A DNA stretch of 56,754 bases, the filler included, from Bipalium vagum (taxonomy: Eukaryota), in assembly GCA_037834085.1 (NCBI GenBank). It is 3 parts of 3 records of this genome, joined end to end, with 100 filler letters (N's around TTAATTAATTAA, not from the genome) between each part and the next. Parts side by side here need not be neighbours in the genome. Positions count along the whole stretch, not along the records: positions 1 to 18,132 come from JBBMKC010034401.1; positions 18,233 to 38,680 come from JBBMKC010252964.1; 1 more part is not named here. One strand, given 5' to 3'. The notes below the pieces were generated by a model that saw nothing but the letters and a program-made list of their open reading frames with translations, was not told the DNA's origin and did no database searches. Position 1 is the stretch's first letter; the number at the start of each line of letters is the position of its first letter. The position numbers were made by a program, and so were the translations under genes. Positions 13,751 to 26,689 of this stretch are shown in pieces.

Positions 13751-16700
13751 TAAAATAAATCCATAATTAAAATTATAAACAAAATAAATATTTAAAATAT
13801 TAAACTATTTCATACATAATATTTTTTTATTATTTAAATTTATAACAATTTTTAGGTTAATTTATGTTCCTTACATCTTAAAATGCATTTGTGAGCACAA
13901 GAAAAATATGAACTCTATAATTTTGTCTCATTAATTTTATTTAGTTAAAAATTAATTATTTTTCGAATTAATTGTTTTTCCTTTTTTATGAGAATGAGGG
14001 CGAGTACTACGCAAATAGAAAACTTTATCATAAGAGATTCTGAAATCTCAAATATTAACTTTTATTATAAATAAATAAATAATAAACCAAAACTCTCAGT
14101 CTAATGAAGAAAGCTATTTTCACTTTACCAGAAATGCCAATGGTCATTAACACAAGTCAAAAAGAAAATAATTTCTTGGAGAACTTTTAAAAGTTATTTT
14201 AAAAGTTTTTTGTAATTAATACAAAATATCTTACAACAAAGGGTCAGATTTTCCTTGAAAAGTTAATTAAAATAAAAATAAAATATTTTATTTTAAAATT
14301 CAATGCCAGTGGAGATAGGCGCCCAGTCTGGCATTCTGGTGGATAAATCTTCCATGGTACTTAATACCGAGTATTCAGAATGATTGCTGAAAAGGTCTCC
14401 ATGAGAAATATATTCTCTATCAATTTATGGGACTGAATAAAATTATGTTGTGGATATGGCAGATGGAGATTTATTTCACAGATTTGTTAATCATGAATGT
14501 GGAGACTGGTTGAAAATCGAAACAAATTTATAATGAATGGAAATGAATATTTTTAATTTTTGTTTTATTCACTTCTTCCTTATTAGGACGAGACCAAAGA
14601 CCAGTCCATATTACTGAAATCTCCAGTGAATCGTTTTCAGCTTTTCCATCTCAACTGAAAATTGATTTAATTCTTCACTAAAAAAAAAGCACGGGCGTCA
14701 GTTATGATATACATTACACCTTCTTGTCTGGTTTGAAGAATTAAATTTCACGTCGACCTCCTCAGCTCACCAGAATGGGGAAAACAATTTAAGAACATAT
14801 TCAATTATCAGTGAAATTCAATCTAATAGTGTCTGAAGAGACCAATTTATTAATATGCTCAACAAAATAAATTATATCAATACTATTTCTTGATTTTACA
14901 ATACATAAACATAATTATAAAAGTTCGAAGAACGAAAAACATGTGTAAAATTTGGTATTTTATTTGGTTTTATGATGTCCTAAGTTTTATACTTTTATAA
15001 ATGGATTTCATACATAATATATTTAAAAATATTATATATTATTTATATTTATATGTTTATATTTATAATCAATAGGGTGATGTAAAACTAATGACCTTTT
15101 TTCAACTTATTAGTTTAAATAGTTTGTGTCAGCATTTTTAGAATAATTTTTGTTTGTTATTTGTAATTTTAAAGCGCGTTATCTGCTTAATAATCAGGTA
15201 GTTAGTTGTTTAAATGCACTAATTTATTTAAATTTGTTTTCCATTTTAGAAAAATTTTCAAAACCAGAAATTTAGATAATTTAGCTACATGAATCTAGGA
15301 ATGGGGTGATCAATCAGCTTCTGAACGAAGCACACGTAGATTGTTTGAAAAATCAAGGAAAGTCACTAGATAATACTTTGATTAATAAAACTTTTCTTGA
15401 ACAGAGTTTTTGAATTTTAAATTATTTGCTAAAAACGATCATTATATTTGTTTATCTGTGAGGAGGATACATATTTAAAAATAAGTGTGCATCATTTCAT
15501 TCCTGAGACATAATAAGAAAAAGGAAATTGTTATTATTTATAAATCAATGTTAGCTGATGGATGGATTAGTAGCACAATTTGAATTGTAACCTAAGGCAA
15601 GACTTATATTATTGGAACCCTTAAAACCTGACCCATTAACTAACTTGGTTGTGTTCTTATTCCACCATCCCTTCAATTAAAGAAAATCATGAAAGTTTAT
15701 TAATTGTACCACAGCTTAACAATAGTGCACAACAAATGTTAAGATGATCCAAGTCTTTTTTCAACCAACACAGGACTTTTAATGAATACAATAAAATCAA
15801 TAATATAACAAATTTCTGAATATATCTTATTATATATATCAAACGATATCTATTTATCCACTTATCAAAGCAAAGCAAAAAGATAATAATAAAAAAAGAA
15901 AAACTATCAATGATACTAGCTCAGGATCCCAGTGTGATCTATGATACACCCAATATCCGTATAGATAATGTTACTGTTTCCTACTAAGGAAATACACTTT
16001 TCGTAATATATTATTTCAAGCTATAAAACTTTTACACTTTCAAAACATAACAAATCGATTTTTTATAGCTCTTTCGTTTGTCTGCCTGGTTTTGGAATAA
16101 TAAAACGATCTCTCATCCATTGATCACCCAATAACAAATCTCCAATATGACAACATATTAAAACAAAACGAAATCCAAAATAACGTAATATGTCTTTACT
16201 TTCTTCATCTAGTAATCTCATTCTATCTCCTTTTAATTTCGAATAAAACTTCGTATAAAAGGTTTTAAAATAATTGTAACATAAACTTTTCTTGTCCCTC
16301 ACTAATTATTGGCAACATAGTCCAACCCGTCTTTCTCTCTTTCATTTCAGAAAAATAAATAAATAATTAACAAGACTTTTGACGAGAATTCACCAAAGTA
16401 AACGCAAAGTTTTCAAATTCCATTCATCGAGATGCGATTGTGTAACCGTTACACTTTTGCCATATGGCATAACAAAACAGGTAAAGGATAATCAATTCGC
16501 TGTTTGAGACGACGATCAAAAGAGTATAATAACGAGCCTAATTCCCCGTACGACAAATTCGTCTAATCAGTTGGTTGAATTTCCACGACTCCTTTTTGTA
16601 GTGATACACGATTGGCTTTGGAAATCTGCTCGCTCAAATAATTCATGACGGCTTATTAATCTGATCTTTTTACCCATATGTCATGCAACGTTTAATAAAT

Positions 16701-17198
16701 GTTTAATTAATTTTTCTGACATTAATGTACAATTACTTAATTATTTATATATTTGCTTTTATATTTTATATATTTGGCACTGTCATTATGGTAAAGATTA
16801 CTTTAGATATACGACCAGAAATGGATTGAGAGATTGTATTAATATTGGTTAATAACAAATTAATTCCACTGATTTAATAATAATAATTATAATAATAATA
16901 TTCATTACAAAAAATATTACTTTCTTTTTATCTGTTTTTGTATATTTAATTATTTTATTTTCTATTTATTATGGTTATTGAGCATAATTGGAGAACAAGT
17001 TATTTTAATTGATTTAATGCATTTCCCTATTAAAATATTATTTAATTTACAGGTATCAATTATTAAAAGCTGTTTTAAAAGTCAAAAAATATTTTTTGGA
17101 AAATCTGTTAATAAAAATAAAATAAATAATAATAAGCCAAGTCTTAACAATTGATTTTCTGTGAGTTGAATAATATTTTATTGATTTACATTATATTA

Positions 17199-17995
17199 TA
17201 TTGCGTCAAATAAGTATTGGGAATTATTATTTTAGATAGTCCATCTTTAGTGTACATCAAAAAAGTTTTTTGTCTGATCATATAACAAATGTGCTCTTGT
17301 GAAATTTTATCGAAATCTAATAAACTGCTTGTTTAAATAATTCAATGTAATTATTTAACCTTAAAACAATCTGCGATTTTCAAAATCAATAAATTAAGGA
17401 ACAAAGAATCGGTCTTAACTTTAACGTTTTAAAAAACTACTTGTTCACAACTTTGAACACGTGGCAGAAGACCTATGTTGAGTCGGCTTTATAAAAACTC
17501 GAGTATAACAGTGGTATAACGTATTCAAAGAAGACCGAAAATCAGATAGACTTGCTTCGTTCAGGTCGACCTTCAATCTCTTTGAATAATAAAAATATTG
17601 CCAAAATAAAAGAAATGATTATTTATAATCGACATTTCGGTTTAAGAGAGATGGCTCATGATTTTGAAATCTTTCAAAATTCCATTCCGAACACTTTATT
17701 TAATCATTTGAGAATTCAAATGGTGTCATCATGACTTGTTTTGAACGAATTGAATTTTTAAAAAAATATGCTTGACCTTGATTTGAATTGATTGAAGGTA
17801 TCAAACAAAATTCACAGAATCTAAAGGTCATACCAAAACCAGCATACCAGAAATGTTTTGATGTGTGGATCATTAGTTGAAATAAGCGCATCTTATCCAA
17901 TGGAGAATATTTTGAAGGTGATCACATCATTCTGGTTGATTAATAAATTATTTCCGTTTTTCTTGATCAATTCCCGGTGCTTATTTGAAGCAATG
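17199..17995 (+). mobile_element. Internally deleted mariner element with TIRs (irritans-like)
   Basis: Ends ATTGCGTCAAATAAGTATTGGGAATT / AATTCCCGGTGCTTATTTGAAGCAAT. The N-terminal part (RSGRPSISLNNKNIAKIKEMI) is fused to the C-terminal part (IPKPAYQKCFDVW..SNGEYFEGD). The catalytic core is deleted. Confidence 0.88.
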
Positions 17996-18132
17996 TATAC
18001 TTCAAAATTAGATTTCCTTTAAACAAACACAATCAAGTCAAAAAACCATTTTAATATTTAAATTATAATAATTATTTAATTTATATAATGAAATTATATT
18101 ATTGCTGGAAATAAATTGTTTTTCTAAAGAAG

Positions 18133-18232
18133 NNNNNNNNNNNNNNNNNNNNNNNNNNNNNNNNNNNNNNNNNNNNTTAATTAATTAANNNNNNNNNNNN
18201 NNNNNNNNNNNNNNNNNNNNNNNNNNNNNNNN
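18133..18232. other. Assembly gap with artificial stop-codon linker
   Basis: 44 N + TTAATTAATTAA + 44 N = exactly 100 nt, identical to 38681-38780. Confidence 0.97.

Positions 18233-18303
<71 letters not shown>
18233..18303. repeat. (AAT)n microsatellite at contig edge
   Basis: Perfect AAT run directly after the gap, a likely cause of the contig break. Confidence 0.97.
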
Positions 18304-18304
<1 letters not shown>

Positions 18305-20103
18305 GTTTATTTGATATTTGTACAGGCTTTTACGATGATTACAATCAGAAAGTCAGTTGAGAATTTCCTTAAAATTTTGTTAAAACTCGCCTAGTCTGTG
18401 GGCTCGTCGATAGTCTCCACAGTGTTCCGATATACTTATCTTTTATTTTGGAAATTTTTGAAAAATGATATTCTTTATTATTATAAATATAAAATAAGTT
18501 ACCATAATAAATTATGACTTTATCTTTCAGGTCAATACAAATAAAATAACTGCTTTCATCAATGTAAAATTGTCAATTAAAATCCAATATTAAACTTAGA
18601 AAAGAGGACGGATAAATACACTTTAAAAAGAGCAAACAAAATAAAAATAATATAATAATATTTTTGTAAAATAATACCCAAAACCTCAATTTGTTTTTCT
18701 TCCAATGGAAATTTACATTTTGAAATGAATTTAATATTTCTGGGTTTTTTTGCAATAATAAAAATTAATAAAATGAATTTATGACAGAAATCGGAATGTT
18801 GTGACGAAATGTATTAATTATGGAAAAATGTCCAATTTTTTTCAATCAAGGCGGTGTTTCAGCATCCATTTTTATAAGATCATGTAAATTATAATTTTTT
18901 TCGAGCAAAATTACCATATTTTACAATTTGGAGCTGGCGCCAGATCAATTATATTGAAAATTATATAAATTATAAAATTTTCCAATGTAAACTTTCAATT
19001 TAAATTAATAAAGAAAAATAATTGACATCAGTAAATAATAAATTATTTTTATTTGTCAGGTATTATTTATTCTTGTATATTAAATAAATTGAAAAAAAAA
19101 TATTTATTATCAATAATAAAAATGATAATAATAACGTTTTTTACTGATATTAAAAATATATTTTTATGTTTATTGATAATTTAAAATATTTGTTTTAATC
19201 GTAATAAATTATCTTTGTTTCTCATTTCAAAAATGATGATTCTATTTTATTAATTTTAATATTATTTTCAATAAAATCGATAAAAATAATAGCGAGAACG
19301 TTCTAATGGTTTCGTTAATGGATTTTATGGAACGAAAAGCTGTTCAGGTTTTGTTTTAAACGGCTGAAAATTTAATCTGCAAAGAAAAGATCTGAATTGA
19401 TTACGTAAACCGGTCTTATTTATCTGAACGTAGTCTGACATTTTTATTAACAATTTAAAGCAGGTGTTGCCTGAGAAATATAATGAATTTCGTAAACTGA
19501 TTATTTTAACTGAAGTCATAAAACTTGAATAGCTTGGAAAATGTGGTCTTCTGGATTTTGGTTAATCGTTTTAATAAATTCTGGTCAATAATAACCATTC
19601 CTGTTTACGATGTATTCCTTTACTTACCCTGCCTGTCGTTGACATCATTTGCCAGGGAGGAATGTCCACATCTGTAGTTGAAAAGCTCACTACTTAATCG
19701 ACTTAGCCTTGGCCATTATATTTCCCATTCCTCTGCACTGGAAATCGCGAACCCATAAAATTCTCCATCGATGTTTTAACAATTAATTTAAACAGCAATT
19801 ATTTTAGTAATTTTTCTTGCCTTCCTTAATAAAAACAGATTCATTTCATCCTTCATATCTTGAGGAAAATGAAATTTTATTTTTTTTCGTTTGAGTTTTC
19901 GTACGTTTAGGTCCAACATTGGTATTATTTTATGTAAATTAGAGTGGAAAATGTATTCGTCACATTTTCTCAACTCTTTTCCCCCTTAAATTAAAAGTGT
20001 AGTAAAACAAGTCCCGATTAAAAAAAGTATTATTATTATTATTTCTTTCTTTATAATTATTATGTCAGTTTGTTTTGTTTGAATTAAACCTTTTTACAAA
20101 CAG

Positions 20104-20501
20104 ATAACGCTTACTATCTGCTGTTGGATTCGCAGAAAAATAGCGCATCAAACAAAAATCTGAAATATCGAAAGGGTCTGATCATAGCCAACAACAACAA
20201 CAAGGCATTTGATCATTCAAAAAAGAAATATCCACATTCTCGAGATCTGGTCTATTTGGAAGACGTTCCGAAAAACTTTTTCTGTGACTCCAATCCCGAA
20301 TGGCATATCGCAGGTACGGCCGGTCGGACTTGCAATTCATCGTCCAATTCCACGGACAGCTGTAGCAATCTCTGTTGCAAAAGACCCTTTCTGACCAAAT
20401 TCAAAATGGTGATCGAAAAGTGCCACTGCAAATTTATTTGGTGTTGCAAAGTTGAGTGCCAACAATGTCAGAAACGCATTTTTATCGAGACTTGTCAGTA
20501 G
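20104..20501 (+). CDS. Wnt: Wnt family ligand, terminal exon
   Basis: TTTTTACAAACAG acceptor, phase 1. Translation includes RDLVYLE..FFC....GTAGRTCN.....DSCSNLCCKR.F......EKCHCKFIWCCKVECQQC......TCQ*, the full Wnt C-terminal cysteine pattern. The subfamily cannot be assigned with certainty, and upstream exons were not found. Confidence 0.95.
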
Positions 20502-21434
20502 AGAACGATGATGTATGGACACCTCAATAATTGATAATCAACTATTATTTTCACTGAAACTTTATTTTTATCTCAAAGAAAAATGGTTTTGCTCGTCTTA
20601 TCAGGGCTTCATCTTTTTATGATCGTATCTCAAACAATATCGACATGTGTAAACTTTAAAGTTATATATTGTAATTTTTATTAGTCCTTTATTTATTTTT
20701 TATACAATTATGATGACAAAATATGATGACAAAGATTCTTCTAAGATTTTGTATTTCTAGTTTGTTTGTAAAAATAAATTACATTTATTATAGATTTTTT
20801 TCTGCATTTTGTTTTAATGAAAAGAAAAAAAGAATACCATGTCACTGTCTTACAACAGTTTTCTTTAGTCAAGTCAAAAATCGTTATTTCACATCATTCT
20901 TTCTCCCGTTCCATTCATAAATTGTTTAACCTATAACCGATTATGGAGTAGACCAAAATTTGGATATCCTTTCCAAAGACGAATGAACTTTCAACGATAG
21001 AAATAGTTTCCTTGTAGAAAATTAAGTAAAATTTAATTAAAAAAGTAAAATCATTTTATTAAAAATTTATTTTAATTGTCAAGGTCATTCATTAGATCAA
21101 ATAAAAGTGGAAATATATTCTTTTGAAAGCGAAAATTTTTAGTTATTGAAATAAAAAATATTAAAAATTTTTTCATGAAATAAATATTTTAAACGAGTTT
21201 GTGTCAGTTGATTTTTATTCGATCACGATAATTAAACTTTCACAAGTTAAGTCTGTTTATTTCAATACATTTTATTAGACCTCTACACACACCTTTGAAA
21301 GAACTTAACAATTTTTTAAGGAGTTACTTTCAAAATATCCAAATAATAAAAAAATTAACTTAATTTATCATCATGATGAAAATTTTATTTCCTTTTATTG
21401 TGTGAACATTGGATTTAAGATCAAATGTTAAATA

Positions 21435-21979
21435 AAGGGTCATGCAAGAAGGACTGACATTTTAATTTATCAATGAAGCATATTTTTTAAAAAAATTTTG
21501 AAACCGATTTAATTTATTCAAAAAATACGAGCAATGCGGTTATTTGTGAAACAAGACATCTGACAAATTAGTACCTTGTCCGTACAAACACAGGATGACT
21601 CTTGTCATGAATTTTTTATGACATTTTGGCATTAGCCCTTGGAAATTTCAGCCATCCTGTTTCGAATTTCTTTTTTTACCTCATCAATGGTTTGGGGTTT
21701 GTTAACGTATACCTTATCTTTAAGATAACCTCAAAGACAGTAGTCTAGCGGCGTCAAGTCACACGATTACCAAAAGCAGTCATGCATTTTCAAATTGTTT
21801 TAGCAAAACATGACTCTTTCTGAAAATGATTTTTGACAATTTTTATGCTTTGCTGAATTGTATAATATTGCATTTTGAAATATCAATATTTATAGATATT
21901 CTTAAATACCATATACGATGGTATTATTGCAAAAACATTATAGCCAATTTATAATGTCAGTCCTTTATGAATGACCATT
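21435..21979 (-). mobile_element. Internally deleted Tc1/mariner-superfamily element with TIRs
   Basis: TA|AAGGGTCATGCAAGAAGGACTGACATT ... AATGTCAGTCCTTTATGAATGACCATT|TA. The minus strand reads DLTPLDYCL*GYLKDKVYVNKPQTIDEVKKEIR. Confidence 0.88.
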
Positions 21980-22304
21980 TACAAGTACTAGTTGTAATAT
22001 ATCAATATCTTTTAATTCAAAATATAAAAAATAAATATTTCTTTGTGTATATAACAAAGGAAATAAATAAATGTACCGGAATACTTAATGTCGTGATTTC
22101 ATCAAGAGCTTCAAATGAACAATGTTTTTATTCAAGAACAAACAAATCAAAAAATATAATCACCAATTGTTTTAACAACTATTTCCCATCTATCTATAAA
22201 AGAAAAATCTCAAAGAACTCGGGTGTATTGGAGTCAAAAAACAGACTCAGATTACTTTTGACCTCATTTTTGGAATGTACTTTTTACTCGATAAAAAATT
22301 GATA

Positions 22305-22510
22305 TTGACAAAGACATACAATAGTCATTAGGACTAATGTCCGGGATATGTGATGAATGAGGTTAACGTTCCCAGCCTAATTGACAAGTTTTTTCTTGAG
22401 TCAATTTTGCGGTATGAGGTTTGACGTTATCTTGAAGTAGGATAACACCTTTTCGATTGACCAATGCGGTTCGGTTTCTTGCAACTTAGTGTGGACAGTA
22501 TCAATTTTAA
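22305..22510 (-). mobile_element. Mariner transposase fragment
   Basis: ALVNRKGVILLQDNVKPHTAKLTQEK..LGWE..PH..PDISPNDY. Confidence 0.85.
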
Positions 22511-22957
22511 CAGTATGTGTCTGTCTAACGGGGTGGTAAATAATTTAAGTGAACAATGCCCTTATAATTTCACCATACCGTAATTAAGGTTTTATTAGGA
22601 TGTAGGTCTTTTACTCAATAGATTAATTCTGAATTTAATCCTAATTTTTGGGTAATGGGAATCGACACAATAACTCAAATTTAAATCGCTGAATTCAGAT
22701 ATTTATTTCAATATTCACAAATGCAATTGATGACAAAAATTCAATGTATAATTTACTGAAATGACTTCCAAATTGTACTAAAGTTAATTAATTTTTACTT
22801 AAAGTTAAGAATATTATCGACTAAAGTAAATCTGGATAAGTTCACAGACCTTCACTTAAATGTGTTAAGATCATAGAGAATTTGTATGGTTAGCTGATCT
22901 TTGAGTAAGAGAAAGAAGTTTGCTTCGCAAGTACCTATTTAAATTATTTACGAAGTA

Positions 22958-24250
22958 CAGTGAGTCAATTATGTAGCTTTACATCTTTATGCGTAAATAG
23001 AAAAAGAACACCTCAATGAAACTTATAATTTTTATATGAAAACAAAAACATATAGGCAACATATCCTCTTCTTTACTTTACTTGAAACAACATAATATGT
23101 CAGAAACAGGCAAGCTTTTTCAAAAAATTCGATTGTCATATTCGTAAATTCGTCAATGATTTTTTGTTTCAAATCTTCCAATGTAACAATTGGTTGCAAA
23201 TAAACTATTTATTAGGTTGATACAATATAAATACAGGTTTTTGATGTTTTGTATTTAGGTTAAGTCTAGATCAATAAATTAATGAGTTTGGATCAATAAG
23301 TTATGTCATTTGTAAGCTAATCTTATGTTCTTTATTAATATTTGTTAAAAATTTATTGCACTTTTTTTTGTCAATAATTTTGATATTATTCACATATATC
23401 GAAACGTGATTTCCGCAATATTTTCTTCTAGGAATGCAAACTAGGACGTATTGGACTCAAAGCGCTTGAAACATCAACGAAGCCTGGGGTGAATCAAGTG
23501 TCAACCATTGTATGGTGCAACGTTCGTATCAGAATTTTCGTTCCTGCAATACCAGCCTTGATGATGAGACTCATGCCAGACGTCCATCAGTCACTGATAA
23601 TGAGAAATTGAAGCAGTTAATCGAAGATCATACTAGCAAAACTACATGAGAAATTGCTAAAGAATTCAACGTCGACCAATCAACCGTCGTTCGTCATTTG
23701 AAGCAACTTGGAAAGACCAAAAAAGCTTGACAAGTGAGTACCGCATAAACGACGGAGCAGCAAAAAATCGTCTTTTAGAAATTGCATACTCATTCATTTT
23801 ACGCAATAAAATGATCCTTTTCTAGAACGAATTATAACGCTCGCTTGCATCGATCTGAAGAAGTTGAACGAATTGAACTATGAGACTGCCTCATGTGCCA
23901 TACATGCCTTTCGTCTATCAACTATCACTTTTTCAATATTTGGACAACTTTCTCCAAGAGAAATATTTCAAAAACCAAGACGATGCTAAAAACGCCTTCG
24001 CCAATTTCATCGTTTCCAGAACTCCGGATATCTGTACCACCGGTAATTATAAACTTGTTTCACGCTGGCAAAAATCCATTGATTCCAGTGGTTTTAATTC
24101 GATTAATAAACTTTTTTATAAGGTGAGTTGTATTAATTTAAAGTTGAGATTTAAAAACCTGAATTTATATTGCATCAACCTAATGCTTAATATACCACTA
24201 CACAAAAAGTCAATTTGGATAAGATCCAGTGCTCTTGAGGCCAATCAATA
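22958..24250 (-). mobile_element. Older Tc1/mariner-superfamily remnant split by the mariner at 23212-24183
   Basis: The right part (24186-24250) reads IDWP..LDL..IDF..YIK and the left part (<23210) continues IVYLQPIVTLEDLKQKI. TA|CAGTGAGTC terminus at 22958. Confidence 0.7.
23212..24183 (+). mobile_element. Mariner element with TIRs (cecropia/Hsmar1-like), internally deleted
   Basis: TIRs TTAGGTTGATACAATATAAATACAGGTTTTT / AAAAACCTGAATTTATATTGCATCAACCTAA. Protein patches are FNVDQSTVVRHLKQLGK, LDK*VPH, DPFLERIIT and LDNFLQEKYFKNQDDAKNAF..KLVSRWQK. Confidence 0.93.
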
Positions 24251-25169
24251 GCTTCTCTTCATCAAAAAGTAAAAATAAAAAATAATGCAAAAGAAAGACT
24301 TTTAAATACCTTATATACGTAAGTGTCAATAGGTCTTTGAAAGAGTATAGAGAAAATAAAAAAGTCGTTTAATGATTTTTTATATTTTATATAAAAGGAA
24401 ATGTTCAATTTTATGATGGAATCCTTAAATTCACTGAGATTTAACTTTAATATCGATTGCAATAATGAATTATTGATTTCAAAAATTGATTGCGAAAATC
24501 TGAAAAAATTTCAAACTATCTCAGAATTTTGATTTTAAGAATTTATTTTATTTTAAGTGAAATTTTTATAAACAATCTTTGAACTAAAATTCAATAGGTC
24601 GTATTGAAACAATATTATTGGTTATTTATATAAAACTTAATTAATTGATTTAAGTAAAAATATAATTATTAATTATTAATATTTATTATAAGGAAATAAA
24701 GTGAGAATGATACATTAAATCATCTTTTTTAAAGGTAAATTTAATACACTCATAAACATTTGCGAAGAAGAATAGAACTTCAACATTTTTCGCCTTTAAA
24801 AGAACTCCATCCGGGAATCCGATTTGAGATAATTATACATAAGCATTTTTTATAAAAATAAAAGATTAAAAATAAAATTATTTAACCTAAAATCATAAAA
24901 TCCTAAAGCAGTTGGCAAAAGTTGTCCTTAGCAGTATGTAAAATACCTAAGGCGACCAAAAGACGAACTTACTACATACGGTACAGAATGCTTACATACT
25001 TAAGCAATTAAAGAAATAATCATAAATTTAATCATGAAACAAATCAAACACCATATTTTAACATTAAAAATCTTTTCCCTTACTTAAAACTTACATATTA
25101 ACCCAAAAATAAAAGAATTTTTTGAAAAAATAAAAGATATGAAATTATATGAAACAATATATTCTTAAT

Positions 25170-25345
25170 AAATTCGAATTCTCCGTTCTTATCAAGGACC
25201 TGTTACCATTTTCCAGAAAACAAAAATTCCTCGTTCATAAAACATTAGCAAAAAACAGCAAGAAGTCGGATTTAACGTCATCATCATTTGTAAAAGCTCT
25301 ACCATTTAAGAAGTTTTGCTGAGAGGAAACAAATGGTTTCTTCTC
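25170..25345 (-). mobile_element. Mariner transposase C-terminal fragment
   Basis: QNFLNGRAFTNDDDVKSD..FF..FYERGI..KW*QVLDKNGEF. Confidence 0.75.
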
Positions 25346-25693
25346 TCCCCTTTATCCTTTCAATATAAAACAGAATGTTTTTAATTCAAATAAATCAAGA
25401 TATTTAAATAAAGTTACATAAGTGTTAAACTTAAAAGATATATTTAAAAATCGATATCCTACGTAAAGTAATTATAAATTTTTAAAAAAAATATGCACGA
25501 AGATATTACACATTTTTATTTATTTGAATTTTATTATATTAAATAAATTCAGTGAAATATTTTAATCAATTTTTAAAAATTATACGTGTATATGCAGTAG
25601 AACGCCGCTTGACAAGGGGACTTAAGGAGTAACGCAAAAATTGACAAAAGTTTTGCTCGAGCCATTTGTGTGAGATAAATTGAAAATTAGTCA

Positions 25694-25800
25694 GGGGGTG
25701 TAGCTCAGCGGTCAGAGCAGTTCATGCGCCTGTGAAGGTCCCGGGTTCAAATCCCGGTATCTCCGATTAATTTTTAGCTAACAACTATCGTTATTAAAAT
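25694..25800 (+). mobile_element. tRNA-Ala-derived pseudo-tRNA / SINE-like repeat, copy 1 (tRNA part 25694-25765)
   Basis: GGGGGTGTAGCTCAGCGGTCAGAGC..CCGGGTTCAAATCCCGGTATCTCC has intact A and B boxes, D and T stems, and a G3:U70 pair. The anticodon loop is only 6 nt (gCGCct) and the discriminator is G. A roughly 35-nt non-tRNA tail is shared with the copy at 32662-32767. Confidence 0.7.
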
Positions 25801-26272
25801 TATACTATGGTATTATTTGTATTATTTTATTTTATTCTATTGTTTATTCAATAATTTCTGTTATGAGCCCAGGAGATACTGAGAAATAGGTTAAAATTAA
25901 TATAGAATTGAATAAGTGGCTTGTAGTTAATAGTTTTCTAATATCAAAAATGCCAAACTGAAATTTCAGATATGTTTGATTAATAAATAAATCAATTACT
26001 TTACTTAAACAAATCATAGGATTTTGTAACTGATACAAAATGATAATTACTTAATTTATGATGAAAATGTTAAGGTGCCTTAAACTTTTGCACACCACTA
26101 AAAAAATTGATTATTAATAATTTTAATTCAGCCAGTCATTACGAAACCAATATTCAAATGAATCTCTTTAGGCCCAATGATTTGCAAATGAGATAATCTA
26201 GGATATCTGAGCTTTATATGAGACTTATATTATTCAGATATGTTTACCCTATAGTGAAAAAAGGTATAAATA

Positions 26273-26689
26273 TGTTGAGTGTGCGCATTTCTGTGTCTAG
26301 ATTGCGGGTTTGATACTGAAGGCAGCCACAAAATAAATTATTTAGCTAAGGCGACTAAGGTCAGGTTGAGCTGGATAACTGAAAGCCCCGGGTTTATGCG
26401 TGGGAAAAGAGAAAAGACGGAAAATATCTCTGTTGAGAGTAGTGATTGGTCGATGGAGGAAAACTGGAGATTATATATGAAACTGTCAGATTTCCTAAAA
26501 AAGAAGAGAAAAGAAAAACAAAATTGTTCTAAATCCATAAAGAATTTAAAACAAGGAGCAGAGCAAAGAGGTAAAAGCAGCATCAAAGCAGAATAGTTAA
26601 AAAATTGCAGGCTTATTTCTTGTGTAGCAATATTTATTTCTTTTAATAAATATTTCTATTCAATTGCGTTTTTTTACTCGAACGAACCA
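26273..26689 (+). mobile_element. Possible solo-LTR-like repeat
   Basis: A less AT-rich island beginning TGTTGAGT and ending ACTCGAAC..CA, with AATAAA about 40 nt from the end. No TSD was seen. The overlapping ORFs 26279..26596 and 26338..26586 have no recognisable motif. Confidence 0.3.

Noticed and set aside
16376-16720. Upstream Wnt exons (CAG|GTAAAG donor at about 16480; CHATFNKC resembling CHGxSGSC at about 16680)
   Set aside because: No frame shows Wnt motifs, and the cysteine spacing match lacks the CKC, Gly and lipidated Ser residues.
18177-18188. TTAATTAATTAA as a biological palindrome or piggyBac target
   Set aside because: It is centred in exactly 44+44 Ns twice, so it is an assembly linker.
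19620-19760. U1 snRNA-like start (TACTTACC) or a minus-strand exon with a GTAAGT donor
   Set aside because: No U1 stem-loops or Sm site follow. The possible 44-nt exon has no partner exons or recognisable product.
25694-25765. Functional tRNA-Ala(CGC) gene
   Set aside because: The anticodon loop is 6 nt without U33, there is an extra base before the anticodon stem, the discriminator is G, and a second decayed copy shares the 3' flank. This fits a SINE or pseudo-tRNA better.
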